Below are positions 1 to 9,165 of a DNA stretch of 64,000 nucleotides, in pieces. The position numbers and the translations under genes are program-made. Source of the stretch: Vicinamibacteria bacterium (GTDB lineage Bacteria; Acidobacteriota; Vicinamibacteria; Marinacidobacterales; Marinacidobacteraceae). The stretch spans positions 640,001-704,000 of the forward strand of contig OZ219815.1 in the NCBI GenBank assembly GCA_964291235.2. The letters run 5' to 3'. How positions within the stretch are numbered: the first letter of the stretch is position 1; each line of letters opens with the position of its first letter. The notes beneath the pieces were generated by a model. The model was not told where the DNA came from. It ran no database searches and was given only the letters and a program-made list of their open reading frames with translations.

Positions 1-802
1 GCTCAGCCAGTTCAGCCACCGCGGGGTGGGCGTCCGCCCGGTAGAGCAGCGCGGACTCGTAGGGGGGGAACCAGCCGAGGTCGTCCTCAAGAACGAGCAG
101 ATCCAGCTTGGAGATCCGCCCATCCGTGGAGTTGCCGACCGCCACATCGGCCTGACCTGCCTCCATCACCTGGAAGACCATGTCCACTTCGACCTCGATC
201 GACTCGGGCTGTTCGCTGAAGCCGTAGTGCTCCATCATCCCGCGGAGGCCGTCGGCCCTCTCGAAGAACGGATATCCGGCGACGAAGAGGTACCCGGAAA
301 TCCGGGCCAGGTCGGAAATCGTCCGCAGGCCGCGCTCTCGCGCGAAGTCCCGGGGAACCGCGAGCACGTAGTCGTTCGAGAAACCGATCGGCGGGCCGAG
401 CAGGAGATCGAAGCGCTCCCGGTAGAGATTCTTCACCCGCTGGTAGATCTCTCCGGCGGTCTGTCCCGCGACGAACGTCTCGCGCATGATCGCCGAGTAG
501 GACGTCCCGGTGTATTCGATGTAGCAGTCGAGATCTCCGTTCACGATGGCGGTGTGCAGGACGAAGGTCTGCATCTGGAACCGTTCGGTGACCGCCAGCC
601 CCGACGCCCTGAGGAGACGCGCGAGCAGCTCTCCCAGGATGATCTGTTCCGAATACGTCTTGGCCCCGAGCACTGCCGACGGCCCCTGGGGGCCACAGCG
701 TGTTCCCCCGAGCCCGGGCGCGAGCAGGGCGCCGGAAGCACCCAAGTGCCGGAGGAAACGGCGGCGGCGCATGCCGCTGGCGGTGGGGAGGGTCGCTGTC
801 AT
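1..802 (-). CDS. Glycine betaine/osmoprotectant ABC transporter substrate-binding protein (runs off the window edge)
   Basis: Manual translation from ATG at 802, which overlaps the permease stop (ATGA): MTATLPTASGMRRRRFL...LGAKTYSEQIILGEL...YIEYTGT...GFSNDY...LEDDLGWFPPY, typical OpuCC/OsmF-family motifs. Not in the ORF track. Confidence 0.88.
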   Translation of the reverse strand, partial: MTATLPTASGMRRRRFLRHLGASGALLAPGLGGTRCGPQGPSAVLGAKTYSEQIILGELLARLLRASGLAVTERFQMQTFVLHTAIVNGDLDCYIEYTGTSYSAIMRETFVAGQTAGEIYQRVKNLYRERFDLLLGPPIGFSNDYVLAVPRDFARERGLRTISDLARISGYLFVAGYPFFERADGLRGMMEHYGFSEQPESIEVEVDMVFQVMEAGQADVAVGNSTDGRISKLDLLVLEDDLGWFPPYESALLYRADAHPAVAELAE

Positions 803-1449
803 GGGGAAACGGCTGCCCGCGACGCCACGAGGCGCGATTCGAGCTTCGCGAGGCCGGCGTCGGCGAGCAACGCGAGGAAGGCCGAGGGTATCGCCCCGGC
901 GAAGAGCAGCCGCGAATCCAGCATGGCCAGCCCGCGAAAGATCAGCGACCCGAGGCCGCCAGCGCCGACCGCAGCCGCGATCGTCACCAGGCCGACACCG
1001 ACCACGGTCGCGATCCGGATGCCCGAGAAGATGGAAGGGAGGGCGAGCGGCACCTCAACCAGCGTCAGCCGTTGCCAATCGGTCATCCCCATGCCGTTGG
1101 CAGCGTCGAGGATGGCCGGATCGACCTGTTTCACCCCGGTGACCGTGTTGCGGAGGATGGGCAACAGCGCGTAGAGGACGAGCGCGATGATCGCGGTCCG
1201 GCTACCGATGCCGCCAAGAAACGGCAGTGGGATCAGGAGACCGAAAAGCGCGAGCGACGGCACCGTCTGGATGACCCCGGCGAAGCCAAGCACCGGGCGC
1301 GCCAGAGCCGGAATCCGCGTGATGGCAAGGCCGAGCGGAACGGCGATCAGCACGCCCGCCACCGTGGAAATCACCACCAGCACCACATGCTCGAGCGTGA
1401 GGCTGAGAATCTCGGTCGAGCGGCTCGCCAGGAACTCCAGGAAGCTCAT
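799..1449 (-). CDS. Osmoprotectant ABC transporter permease (OpuCB/OsmW-like)
   Basis: Hydrophobic protein; QTVPSLALFG and the EAA-like loop DAANGMGMT...VEVPLALP. Confidence 0.93.
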   Translation of the reverse strand: MSFLEFLASRSTEILSLTLEHVVLVVISTVAGVLIAVPLGLAITRIPALARPVLGFAGVIQTVPSLALFGLLIPLPFLGGIGSRTAIIALVLYALLPILRNTVTGVKQVDPAILDAANGMGMTDWQRLTLVEVPLALPSIFSGIRIATVVGVGLVTIAAAVGAGGLGSLIFRGLAMLDSRLLFAGAIPSAFLALLADAGLAKLESRLVASRAAVSP

Positions 1450-2195
1450 CCGCCGGCCCCGATCGTGGCGCCCTCGATGAGGCCGCGGACCAGATCGTCA
1501 GCCGGCGCCTCCCGGATTTCCCGCGGCGTCGCCAACTGGCGGATCCCGCCGTCGGCGACCACCGCGATGCGGTCCGCCAGGCGGAAGGCTTCCGTAACGT
1601 CATGGGTGACGAAGAGCACGGTCTTGCCCAGCTCGCGCGCCAGGGATCGAAACTCCTCCTGAAGACTGCGCCGCCCGATCGGGTCCACCGCGCCGAAGGG
1701 CTCGTCCATGAGCAGCGCCTGTGGGTCGGCCGCCAGGGAACGCGCGACCCCGACGCGCTGGCGCTGCCCGCCGGATAGCTGATCCGGGCGGCGGCGCCCG
1801 TGCTCGTGAGGGTCGAGACCGACCAGGAGCAGCATCTCGGCGGCCCGCTCGCGGCGGCGATCGGGACTCCAGCCCAGCAGGCGGGGCACGAGCGAGACGT
1901 TCTCGCTCACGCTCAGGTGCGGCAGCAAACCCACGCCCTGGATCGCGTATCCGATGCCGCGCCGGAGTTCGACCGCATCCCAGTCGTTCACCTCGCGATC
2001 ACCCACGCGCACCTCTCCGGAATCGGCGGAAACCAGTCGGTTCACGAGGCGCAGCAGCGTCGTCTTCCCGCAGCCGCTCCGGCCGAGCAGGACGAGAATC
2101 TCTCCGGGCGTTACCTCGAGCGACACGCGGTTGAGGACGGTCTTGCCGCCAAAACGCTTTACGACCTCCCGGAAGGAGATCGCGACCCCTTTCAC
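1446..2195 (-). CDS. Osmoprotectant ABC transporter ATP-binding protein
   Basis: Walker A GRSGCGKT, signature LSGGQRQR, Walker B LLMDEPFGAVDP, LRRGIGYAIQ. Confidence 0.95.
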   Translation of the reverse strand: MKGVAISFREVVKRFGGKTVLNRVSLEVTPGEILVLLGRSGCGKTTLLRLVNRLVSADSGEVRVGDREVNDWDAVELRRGIGYAIQGVGLLPHLSVSENVSLVPRLLGWSPDRRRERAAEMLLLVGLDPHEHGRRRPDQLSGGQRQRVGVARSLAADPQALLMDEPFGAVDPIGRRSLQEEFRSLARELGKTVLFVTHDVTEAFRLADRIAVVADGGIRQLATPREIREAPADDLVRGLIEGATIGAGG

Positions 2196-2869
2196 CGCGC
2201 CGTAGAGGATCCCGGCGCCTCGGTTGGTTGTCCCTCGACCAGCACCTCGTCGGCCATTCCGGCAAAGAGTCCCGAGTCGAGCACTCCGGGGATTTCGCGA
2301 ATCTCCCGGTGAAGCGCCGCCGGATCCGTGATTTCGCCGAAAGAGGCGTTGACGAGCAGATTCCCGTTGTCGGTCACGAATGGCTCCTCACCGGCTTCCA
2401 TGCGGATGCGGGCCTCGGCCCCCATCGTCGTGAGGGCCCTTTCGACCTGCGGTGCGGCAAAGGGAATCGCTTCCACGGGGACGGAGCGCTGGGCGCCGAG
2501 CCGGTGCGAGAGCTTCTCGGGACCCACCAGCACCACGAAGCGCGAGGCCGCCGCGGCGACGACCCGCTCCCGGACCAGCGCCCCGCCGTGTCCCTTGATG
2601 AGATTCAGGTCCGGGTCCACCTCGTCGGCGCCGTCCACCGCGAGGTCCACGGCGGCCACCTCCCCGAAGGTAACCAGCGGAATCCCGAGCGAGCGGGCCA
2701 GGCGGTCGGTGGCGAGCGAAGTGGGAATTCCCCGGACCGCGAGCCCGTCCCGCACCCTCGCTCCCAGTTCCCGGACGAAACCGGCGGCCGCCCGCCCGGT
2801 GCCAAGTCCGATCACCATTCCGGATTGCGCCCACGAAGCGGCCCGGACGGCGATCTCCCAGTTACTCAA
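2192..2869 (-). CDS. rpiA: Ribose-5-phosphate isomerase A
   Basis: GLGTG, DGADEVD, IKGHGGALVRE, TDNGN motifs. Confidence 0.95.
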   Translation of the reverse strand: MSNWEIAVRAASWAQSGMVIGLGTGRAAAGFVRELGARVRDGLAVRGIPTSLATDRLARSLGIPLVTFGEVAAVDLAVDGADEVDPDLNLIKGHGGALVRERVVAAAASRFVVLVGPEKLSHRLGAQRSVPVEAIPFAAPQVERALTTMGAEARIRMEAGEEPFVTDNGNLLVNASFGEITDPAALHREIREIPGVLDSGLFAGMADEVLVEGQPTEAPGSSTAR

Positions 2870-2901
2870 GGCGGCTTGCGAGAGAGTACCGTCAGCAGCC
2901 C

Positions 2902-4749
2902 ATGGAGGAAAACCGAGGCGATGCGGTCACCCGGCTGCTGCCCTCGCCGCGCCGGTTTGAACGCCTGCCGGGCACGTTCCGCCCTGGGGTCCGCTCCCGG
3001 ATCGTCCCCGGTGCGGGAACCCCGGCGGAGCACGAGGCGGCAACGGTCCTTCAAGCTCGGCTCGGGGAGCGCGCCTCGGCGGGCGTCACCGTCGCCGCGT
3101 CGCCGACAACCGCCACCGGAAACCTTGTCCTGACCGAAGCCGGGGAGGACCCCGAGGGCTTCGACCTCCGGGTGGAGGCGGCGGGCGTGGTCCTTCGAGG
3201 GGGCGCGGCCGGACTGCGCTACGGAGCCGAAGCCCTGGCCCAACTCCTCGGCCCGGACGGCGGAATTCCCGCCGTTCACGTCCAGGACTCCCCCGCCCTC
3301 CGGCGGCGCGGCTTCTTGCTCGATATCTCCCGCGGCAGGGTCCCCCGCCCGGAAACCATCCGCGAGCTCATCGAAACCCTGGCGCGTCTTCGCTACAACG
3401 AGCTGCTGCTCTACACGGAGCACACCTTCCTGTTTGAAAAGCACCCCGAGATCGGCGCGGAGTCGGGGGGCTACTCGGCGTCCGAACTTCGTGATCTCGA
3501 CGCCTGCGCCCGACGGCACGGGGTGGAACTCGTCCCCTGCCTCCAGACGTTCGGCCACTTCCGGCGCATCCTGGAGAAGGCCCCCTACCGGTGCCTCGCG
3601 GAATCGGACCGGCTCTGGTCGGCCTCTCCGGAAGCGCCCGGGACCTATCCGCTGCTCGAGGACATGCTGGAGGAATTCCTCCCGAACTTCGGCTCGGGCT
3701 GGGCCCACCTCAACTGTGACGAGCCGGTGGACCTCGGAAAGGGGCTTTCCCGGGAACGGGAGGCCCGCGAAGGGCCTGCGGCGGTCTTCGCAGGACACGT
3801 GAACCGGGTCGCCGCCATGGCGCGGAATCTCGGGAAGCGTCCGATGATCTGGGCTGATGTGCTGGCCGACCACCCCGAGGCGCTCGATCTGCTGGACGCG
3901 GACATCGTGCTCTGCGATTGGTGGTACGAACCGGATCACGACTTCGATCGGGTGCGGCGCTTTCGGGACGCCGGCCGAGATTTCCTGAGCGTCGCCGGTA
4001 CCTCGTCGTGGAGCAGCCTGTTCCCACGCCTCGATACCTCCCTGCCGAACGTCCGGGGACACGCCCGCGCTGCAAAACGGTTCGGAGCCTCGGGGTTCAT
4101 CATGACCGACTGGGGAGACGGGGGACACTTCAACCTGTTCGGGGGCTCCCTGTATCCGATCGCGGCGGCCGCCCAGGCCGCCTGGGGAGACGAAGATCGG
4201 GAAGAGACCGAGTTTGCGGCGGCGTTCTCGGAACACGTGGCCGGGGATGCGTCCGGGTTTTCGGGAGACTTCTGCCGCCGCTTGGGGCGGCTGCACGACG
4301 CCGGGTTCTCCCATTTCAACCATTCCCCCCTGAAGACGGTCTTCTTCGACACCCGGCTCCGCAGAAGCCCCCGCACACCGGCCCGGCAAGCGCTGGAAGC
4401 CACCCTCCGGGAACTGCGCCGGCTGGCCGCCGAGGTGGGCACCCGCGGCCTTCCCTCGGGCCCCTCCGGGGCCGAGTGGCGGTTCGTGCTGGACGCCTCC
4501 TTGCTCGGCGCGGAGCGCGGTCTCGCGGCGCTTCGCTTGCGTGATGCCGAGCGCCGGGAGAATCGGGAAGACCGCCAGCTCGCCGCGGAACTCACCTCCC
4601 TGGCCGACCGGCAACGCGGCCTCGCCCGCCGGTTCCGGAAGCTGTGGCTGGCCACGAACCGACCGGAGGGCATCGAAACGGCGCAGAAGCTCTTTCGGAA
4701 CGCGGTAAGGGCGCTCCGGAGGGCCGCTCGTTCCCTCGCGCCTGACTAA
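2902..4749 (+). CDS. Glycoside hydrolase family 20 (beta-N-acetylhexosaminidase-like)
   Basis: RGFLLDISRGRVP, catalytic HLNCDE, MIWAD, TDWGDGGH. Confidence 0.85.
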   Translation: MEENRGDAVTRLLPSPRRFERLPGTFRPGVRSRIVPGAGTPAEHEAATVLQARLGERASAGVTVAASPTTATGNLVLTEAGEDPEGFDLRVEAAGVVLRGGAAGLRYGAEALAQLLGPDGGIPAVHVQDSPALRRRGFLLDISRGRVPRPETIRELIETLARLRYNELLLYTEHTFLFEKHPEIGAESGGYSASELRDLDACARRHGVELVPCLQTFGHFRRILEKAPYRCLAESDRLWSASPEAPGTYPLLEDMLEEFLPNFGSGWAHLNCDEPVDLGKGLSREREAREGPAAVFAGHVNRVAAMARNLGKRPMIWADVLADHPEALDLLDADIVLCDWWYEPDHDFDRVRRFRDAGRDFLSVAGTSSWSSLFPRLDTSLPNVRGHARAAKRFGASGFIMTDWGDGGHFNLFGGSLYPIAAAAQAAWGDEDREETEFAAAFSEHVAGDASGFSGDFCRRLGRLHDAGFSHFNHSPLKTVFFDTRLRRSPRTPARQALEATLRELRRLAAEVGTRGLPSGPSGAEWRFVLDASLLGAERGLAALRLRDAERRENREDRQLAAELTSLADRQRGLARRFRKLWLATNRPEGIETAQKLFRNAVRALRRAARSLAPD

Positions 4750-4771
4750 CCCAGCGTCAGGACGGAAAACG

Positions 4772-6328
4772 TCAGTCTCGGATCGAACCTCGGAAGAAGC
4801 TCGGGAGCGAGTCGCCTCTGGCTTCGGGCGCGGCCGCCTCGTCAGCATCATCTGCCTCGGCGGGTTCGGGCTCCCCTTCGCTCGCGGCGGGTTGCTCGTC
4901 CTGCTCTTCGTCCGGCGCTTCGGCTTCCGATGCGGCTTCCAACGGGGGGTCTTCTTCGGACGCGGCAGCCGGCGAAGTCCCGGATTCTTCGGGCTCCCCC
5001 ACAGCCGGCTCGGGCGGAGTCGCCGGCTCGATAACGGGGGGAATCTCCTCCGAGCCGTCCGGCCCGGCCGAGAGCTCCTCGCCCGTCTCCGGGGATTCGC
5101 TTACCGGTTCTTCGCTCCGGGATGTCGGGGTGGCGGCTTCCGCCGCTGCTTCCGGAGCCGGCGGAGGTTCTTGCTCCGGCGCCGGGGCGACCTCCGGCGG
5201 CGCCCCCCCGCCGGCAGCGCTTCGCGAGGGGCGGGCAAAACTGCGGAAGGCTCGGTCGTAGCGGGTCAGCACCGAATCCCAGTCGTGGCGAGACTGCAGG
5301 AACTCGCGGCCAGCGGCGCCCATCCGCGCGAAGAGGGACGGGTCCCGCAGGCCTAGCTCCAGGATCAATTCGAACTCGTCGTAGTTCTGATAGTAGAGAC
5401 CGCCGCCCGAGGTCCGGCAATCGTCGGCAAGTTCCGTCGCGGAGGCGTTCGCCAGGATCGGGACACCGAGGGAAAACGGCTCCGCCGCGGTCGTCGAGAA
5501 GGCGGCGAGCCGCTCGGGGATTACCGCTACCAGAGCCCCGCCGACCGCGTCGAAGCGGGCGCCCGGAGTGTCCGGCTGCACAACGTGGATGTCGGGTCGC
5601 TGGGGGAGGCGCAGGGCCGACGGCCCGATCAGGACCAGCTCCAGCGCGACATCCGGATGGCGGTCCTTGAACGTGGAATAGAACCGCAGCAGTTCCTCGA
5701 TCCCGCGACCCGGCTCCAGCGGCACGGCTGAAATCAGATAGTTCGCGCTCACGCCGGCGCGTCGCCGGAAGGCCGGCACGTCCGCGGTGCGCGGAAGCAG
5801 GAGCGTCCCGGTGACGGTCTCCCGCATGCGACGGTGGACCTGATAACGCTTCAGGACCAGTATCTCCTCGGCTTCGCTTCCAAAGACGAAGGCCGCGGGG
5901 TGTTGAAAGATCTCCGAATTTGCGCCGGCTGCCTCGGCGTCGGCAAACGGCAGCAACACCGCGCGGCGCGGGTCGAGCTTCGCTGCTTCGCGGCAAACGG
6001 ACGATGACCCGAACAACACCACCAGGTCGTAGTCCCCCGACCGGTCGCGCAAATAGGCGAGTAAATCCGGAGAGGTCAGCGAGTCCGCGCCGGTGGAACC
6101 GGGCGGTTTCGCCGACGCTGCGGCCGCGGCCGGAAAACGCACCACCCGGACGCCCTTGTCCTGAATCTCCCCGTCCCTGAACGCCTCTTCCGATGGTCCC
6201 GCCGCCGTGGTCGTGACAACGGTCGTTCGCCAACTGTCAGGCGCCCGGCCGGCCAACTCCGCCGCGAGCCGCTCCGGCGAAGTTGCGTCTCCCGCCCGAA
6301 AGCGGGGAGTTACGAAGACCAGACGCAC
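4772..6328 (-). CDS. GT4-family glycosyltransferase-like protein with acidic, disordered C-terminal tail
   Basis: GTG start 1 nt after the upstream stop (VRLVFVTPRF); GT-B features (GVPILANA, SGGGLYY, MGAAGREF, HDWDSV); E/P/A-rich tail. Confidence 0.75.
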   Translation of the reverse strand: MRLVFVTPRFRAGDATSPERLAAELAGRAPDSWRTTVVTTTAAGPSEEAFRDGEIQDKGVRVVRFPAAAAASAKPPGSTGADSLTSPDLLAYLRDRSGDYDLVVLFGSSSVCREAAKLDPRRAVLLPFADAEAAGANSEIFQHPAAFVFGSEAEEILVLKRYQVHRRMRETVTGTLLLPRTADVPAFRRRAGVSANYLISAVPLEPGRGIEELLRFYSTFKDRHPDVALELVLIGPSALRLPQRPDIHVVQPDTPGARFDAVGGALVAVIPERLAAFSTTAAEPFSLGVPILANASATELADDCRTSGGGLYYQNYDEFELILELGLRDPSLFARMGAAGREFLQSRHDWDSVLTRYDRAFRSFARPSRSAAGGGAPPEVAPAPEQEPPPAPEAAAEAATPTSRSEEPVSESPETGEELSAGPDGSEEIPPVIEPATPPEPAVGEPEESGTSPAAASEEDPPLEAASEAEAPDEEQDEQPAASEGEPEPAEADDADEAAAPEARGDSLPSFFRGSIRD

Positions 6329-6329
6329 G

Positions 6330-7133
6330 TCACTTGCCTCCCGCGGCGCCGCCGTTGCCGCCTCGGCGCCCGCCGCCGCGGCTGGGGCGGGGGGATCCCT
6401 GTCGTGAGTTCTGCCGGGCCGGCTGTCCTCCCGTCTGGCGCGATCCCTGACCCGAGCCCTGCCGGTCACGACGTCCCGCGCCCTCGCGGTCCGAGCGGCC
6501 GCCATCGTTGCGGCGCCGGTCTCCGCGTCCTCGATCCGAGCGGCTCCCACGGCCGTCCGAACGTCCGCGCCCGGATTGGCCGCCCCGCTGCGGGGCATCC
6601 GCGCTCGCCGATCCGGAACTGAAGGAGAAGTCGGCGTGGACGCCCAGCCGGCGAAGCTCCGACTTGATCAGGTTCATCTCGAGGCGTGTCAGTTCAAGGT
6701 CTCTGTTCGTGGCCCAGAGGAGCCGGCGGTGGTACTCGTTGATTTCGGCCTGCCGGGAAGCCTGTTCCACGGCGGGGTGAAGATTCACGAGCAGCCGGGT
6801 GACCGGTGTGAACAACCAGCGCAGCAGTCGCGCGAGGCCGAAAGAGGAACTCCGAAACGCCTTCTCCGACAAACGGATGTTCCAGCGGGCGGTGTCCCGG
6901 GAGCGGATCCGCTCCGCGAATTCGTCACTGAATCCGCGTGCGCTGAGCGGCATCAGCATCCGCTTCTTCACATCCGCTTTGAATTCACGTTCGCTCTTCG
7001 TTCCTTCCTCCGCCCGTTCACGGGCAACACGGCGGATGTCCGCCATGATCTTTTCGACGTCCGGCTTCGCGCCGGACGGGGTCTTTGGCGAAGCCCCCTT
7101 CGTGGTTGCTTCGTTGGCTATGGAAATCGCCAT
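6330..7133 (-). CDS. Hypothetical protein (helical N-terminal part, Arg/Gly-rich low-complexity tail)
   Basis: AAGGAG RBS before ATG 7133; DVEKIMADIRR segment; closely coupled to the GT4 gene. Confidence 0.7.
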   Translation of the reverse strand: MAISIANEATTKGASPKTPSGAKPDVEKIMADIRRVARERAEEGTKSEREFKADVKKRMLMPLSARGFSDEFAERIRSRDTARWNIRLSEKAFRSSSFGLARLLRWLFTPVTRLLVNLHPAVEQASRQAEINEYHRRLLWATNRDLELTRLEMNLIKSELRRLGVHADFSFSSGSASADAPQRGGQSGRGRSDGRGSRSDRGRGDRRRNDGGRSDREGAGRRDRQGSGQGSRQTGGQPARQNSRQGSPRPSRGGGRRGGNGGAAGGK

Positions 7134-7442
7134 GTGTCTCCTTCGCGCCCGCCCGAGCGGCGGGACTTTGTTGTGCGCGGAGAGGATCAGCAGATTCGGT
7201 GGTGTTGGGTCCCCAGCCGGAACCGGCGGGGGGAGTCTCAGGCACACCTCGCCCGAGAACGATCTGGCGGTGCAGGTATGCCATCACCCGAATTCGATCC
7301 CTTCCGCGAGCGCACTGCCCAAAGAGGCAGCGCACACGGAGAGCCGGAGCGCGCGGGCGGGCCCCGTCAGGTGATGTTCAGAACGAACCGGCCAAAGGAA
7401 TCGACCGTTTCTTCACCTTCCCAGAGGCCTCCCGCGTCGCCC

Positions 7443-7778
7443 TCAAAAGCTCCCGACTGCGGAGTCTTCCGACTCGAAGGTCTCGAATACGGTGACCAGT
7501 TTCGTAATCTGCAGCAGATCCTGCATTCGGGCCGTGAGGTTGAGTAGCTTCACGCTCCCGCCGGCCTGCACCATGCGCGTGTGGCAGCGGACCAACTCGC
7601 CGAGCCCGGCACTGTCCACGTAGGGGACATCCGCCAGATTCAGCAAGAGCTTCCGATTTCCCGCCGCGATCGCACCGCGGACTTTGTCCCGCAGGACATC
7701 ATCGCCTTCACCGAGAAGGATCTTTCCGTTCAGATCCATTACGGTGACACCGTTGTTGCTGCGTTCCGTGATTTGCAT
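7443..7778 (-). CDS. STAS-domain anti-sigma factor antagonist
   Basis: VPYVDSAGLGELV phosphorylation-site motif; 111 aa. Confidence 0.93.
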   Translation of the reverse strand: MQITERSNNGVTVMDLNGKILLGEGDDVLRDKVRGAIAAGNRKLLLNLADVPYVDSAGLGELVRCHTRMVQAGGSVKLLNLTARMQDLLQITKLVTVFETFESEDSAVGSF

Positions 7779-7983
7779 TTTGCTTCCTCCCTTTCCCGGG
7801 GCTTCGCGGTTCCCGCCATCCCCATTTCCGGGGACGCTGCCACATGGGCGCGCAGGCGTCGCTGGGCGACTGATTCTGTGTACCGGCGGAAACCTTTATG
7901 ACGCCCGCTCCGAGGTCTGTTTCGTTCCCCGCTTGCGGAGGTTCGGACCCGGAGAACCTGAGCGTCGCTTAGACTGGGTATCC

Positions 7984-8052
7984 TAGCAGCCTGTAGCTAA
8001 AGTGACGTGAGCATCGAGAACTGGGCCGCCTGACTTTACTCACAGGCTGCTA
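7984..8052. mobile_element. Short MITE-like element (family A), internally deleted
   Basis: Terminal inverted repeats TAGCAGCCTGT/ACAGGCTGCTA; the interior matches both ends of the 44513-44695 element. Confidence 0.75.
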
Positions 8053-8076
8053 ACTCCAAACGTAGTCGGGACGAGA

Positions 8077-9039
8077 GTGAGCGGCGGACGCGCAAACCGG
8101 CCGCGGATCGTTCTTCCCGAAAGCCAGGACCCTCGAATCGTCGAGGCCGCCCGGGCACTTGCGGACGATCCGGAACTGGAACCGGTGCTGGTGGGGCGTC
8201 CGGAGACCCCCGCGCTGGACCGGGCAGGCGGTCGCGACGCTGTACAGACGGCAAGACCCCAGGGTGCCGCTCTTGAGCAGGCCACCGATCTCCTCTGGTC
8301 GCGACGCCGGGACCGCGGGATGACGCGGTCCGCGGCTCGGGAAGCGGCGCAGGATCCCCTGGTGTTCGCCAATTTGCTGGTCGCTGGGGGAGAAGCGCAC
8401 GGCGCGGTGGCCGGTGCGGCAACCACCACCGCCGAAGTGATCCGCGCGGGCTTGCTGGCCGTGGGAACCCGACCGGGAGTCTCCCGGGTCTCGGGCGCGT
8501 TCGTGATGGAGTTTCCCGAAGGACGATCCCCCCTGCTGTTCGCCGACGGCGCCGTGATTCCGCGACCGAGTGTCGCGGAGCTGGTCGAAATTGCGCTGCT
8601 CTCCGCGGAGACGGCGCGGGACCTCCTCGGAATGGAACCCCGCGTGGCCTTCCTCTCGTTTTCGACGAAGGGGAGCGCCGACCATCCGGAAGCGCAGCGC
8701 ATGGCAGAGGCGGCCCGACAGGTACGGAAGTTGAACCCCGGGCTCAGCGTGGACGGCGAACTTCAGGCGGACGCGGCGCTCGTCCGTTCCGTGGCGGAGA
8801 GCAAGGCGCCGGGGAGTCCGGTCGCCGGACGGGCCAACGTACTTGTCTTTCCCGACCTGGCGTCCGGGAATATCGCCTACAAGCTGGTCGAGCGGCTCGG
8901 CGGCGCCTCCGCAACCGGACCGATCCTTCAGGGACTTGCCGCCCCCGTGAACGATCTGTCGAGGGGCGCGAGCGTCCCGGACATCATGCGATTGGCGAGG
9001 CTGACCGCGCGCGCGGCGCCGAATCGGGCCTCGCGGTAG
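8077..9039 (+). CDS. pta: Phosphate acetyltransferase
   Basis: [49 protein letters not shown]. Confidence 0.93.
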   Translation: MSGGRANRPRIVLPESQDPRIVEAARALADDPELEPVLVGRPETPALDRAGGRDAVQTARPQGAALEQATDLLWSRRRDRGMTRSAAREAAQDPLVFANLLVAGGEAHGAVAGAATTTAEVIRAGLLAVGTRPGVSRVSGAFVMEFPEGRSPLLFADGAVIPRPSVAELVEIALLSAETARDLLGMEPRVAFLSFSTKGSADHPEAQRMAEAARQVRKLNPGLSVDGELQADAALVRSVAESKAPGSPVAGRANVLVFPDLASGNIAYKLVERLGGASATGPILQGLAAPVNDLSRGASVPDIMRLARLTARAAPNRASR

Positions 9040-9070
9040 GTCGGATGCGGACGGCCAGCGGAAACGTCCT

Positions 9071-9100
9071 TTGACAGTGCCCGAGCCTCCCGCGTATGTT
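9071..9100 (+). promoter_or_regulatory. Putative sigma70 promoter
   Basis: TTGACA-18 nt-TATGTT upstream of the M20 gene. Confidence 0.5.
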
Positions 9101-9165
9101 CCGAAATGTTGTCCGCAGGGACCGCCCCCGCGGTGACCCGGGCGACGGCGAAGGAGACGATGGCG

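Noticed and set aside
7350-7400. SRP RNA-like GGCCCCGTCAGGT
   Set aside because: The following conserved CCGGAAGGAAGCAGC loop is absent.
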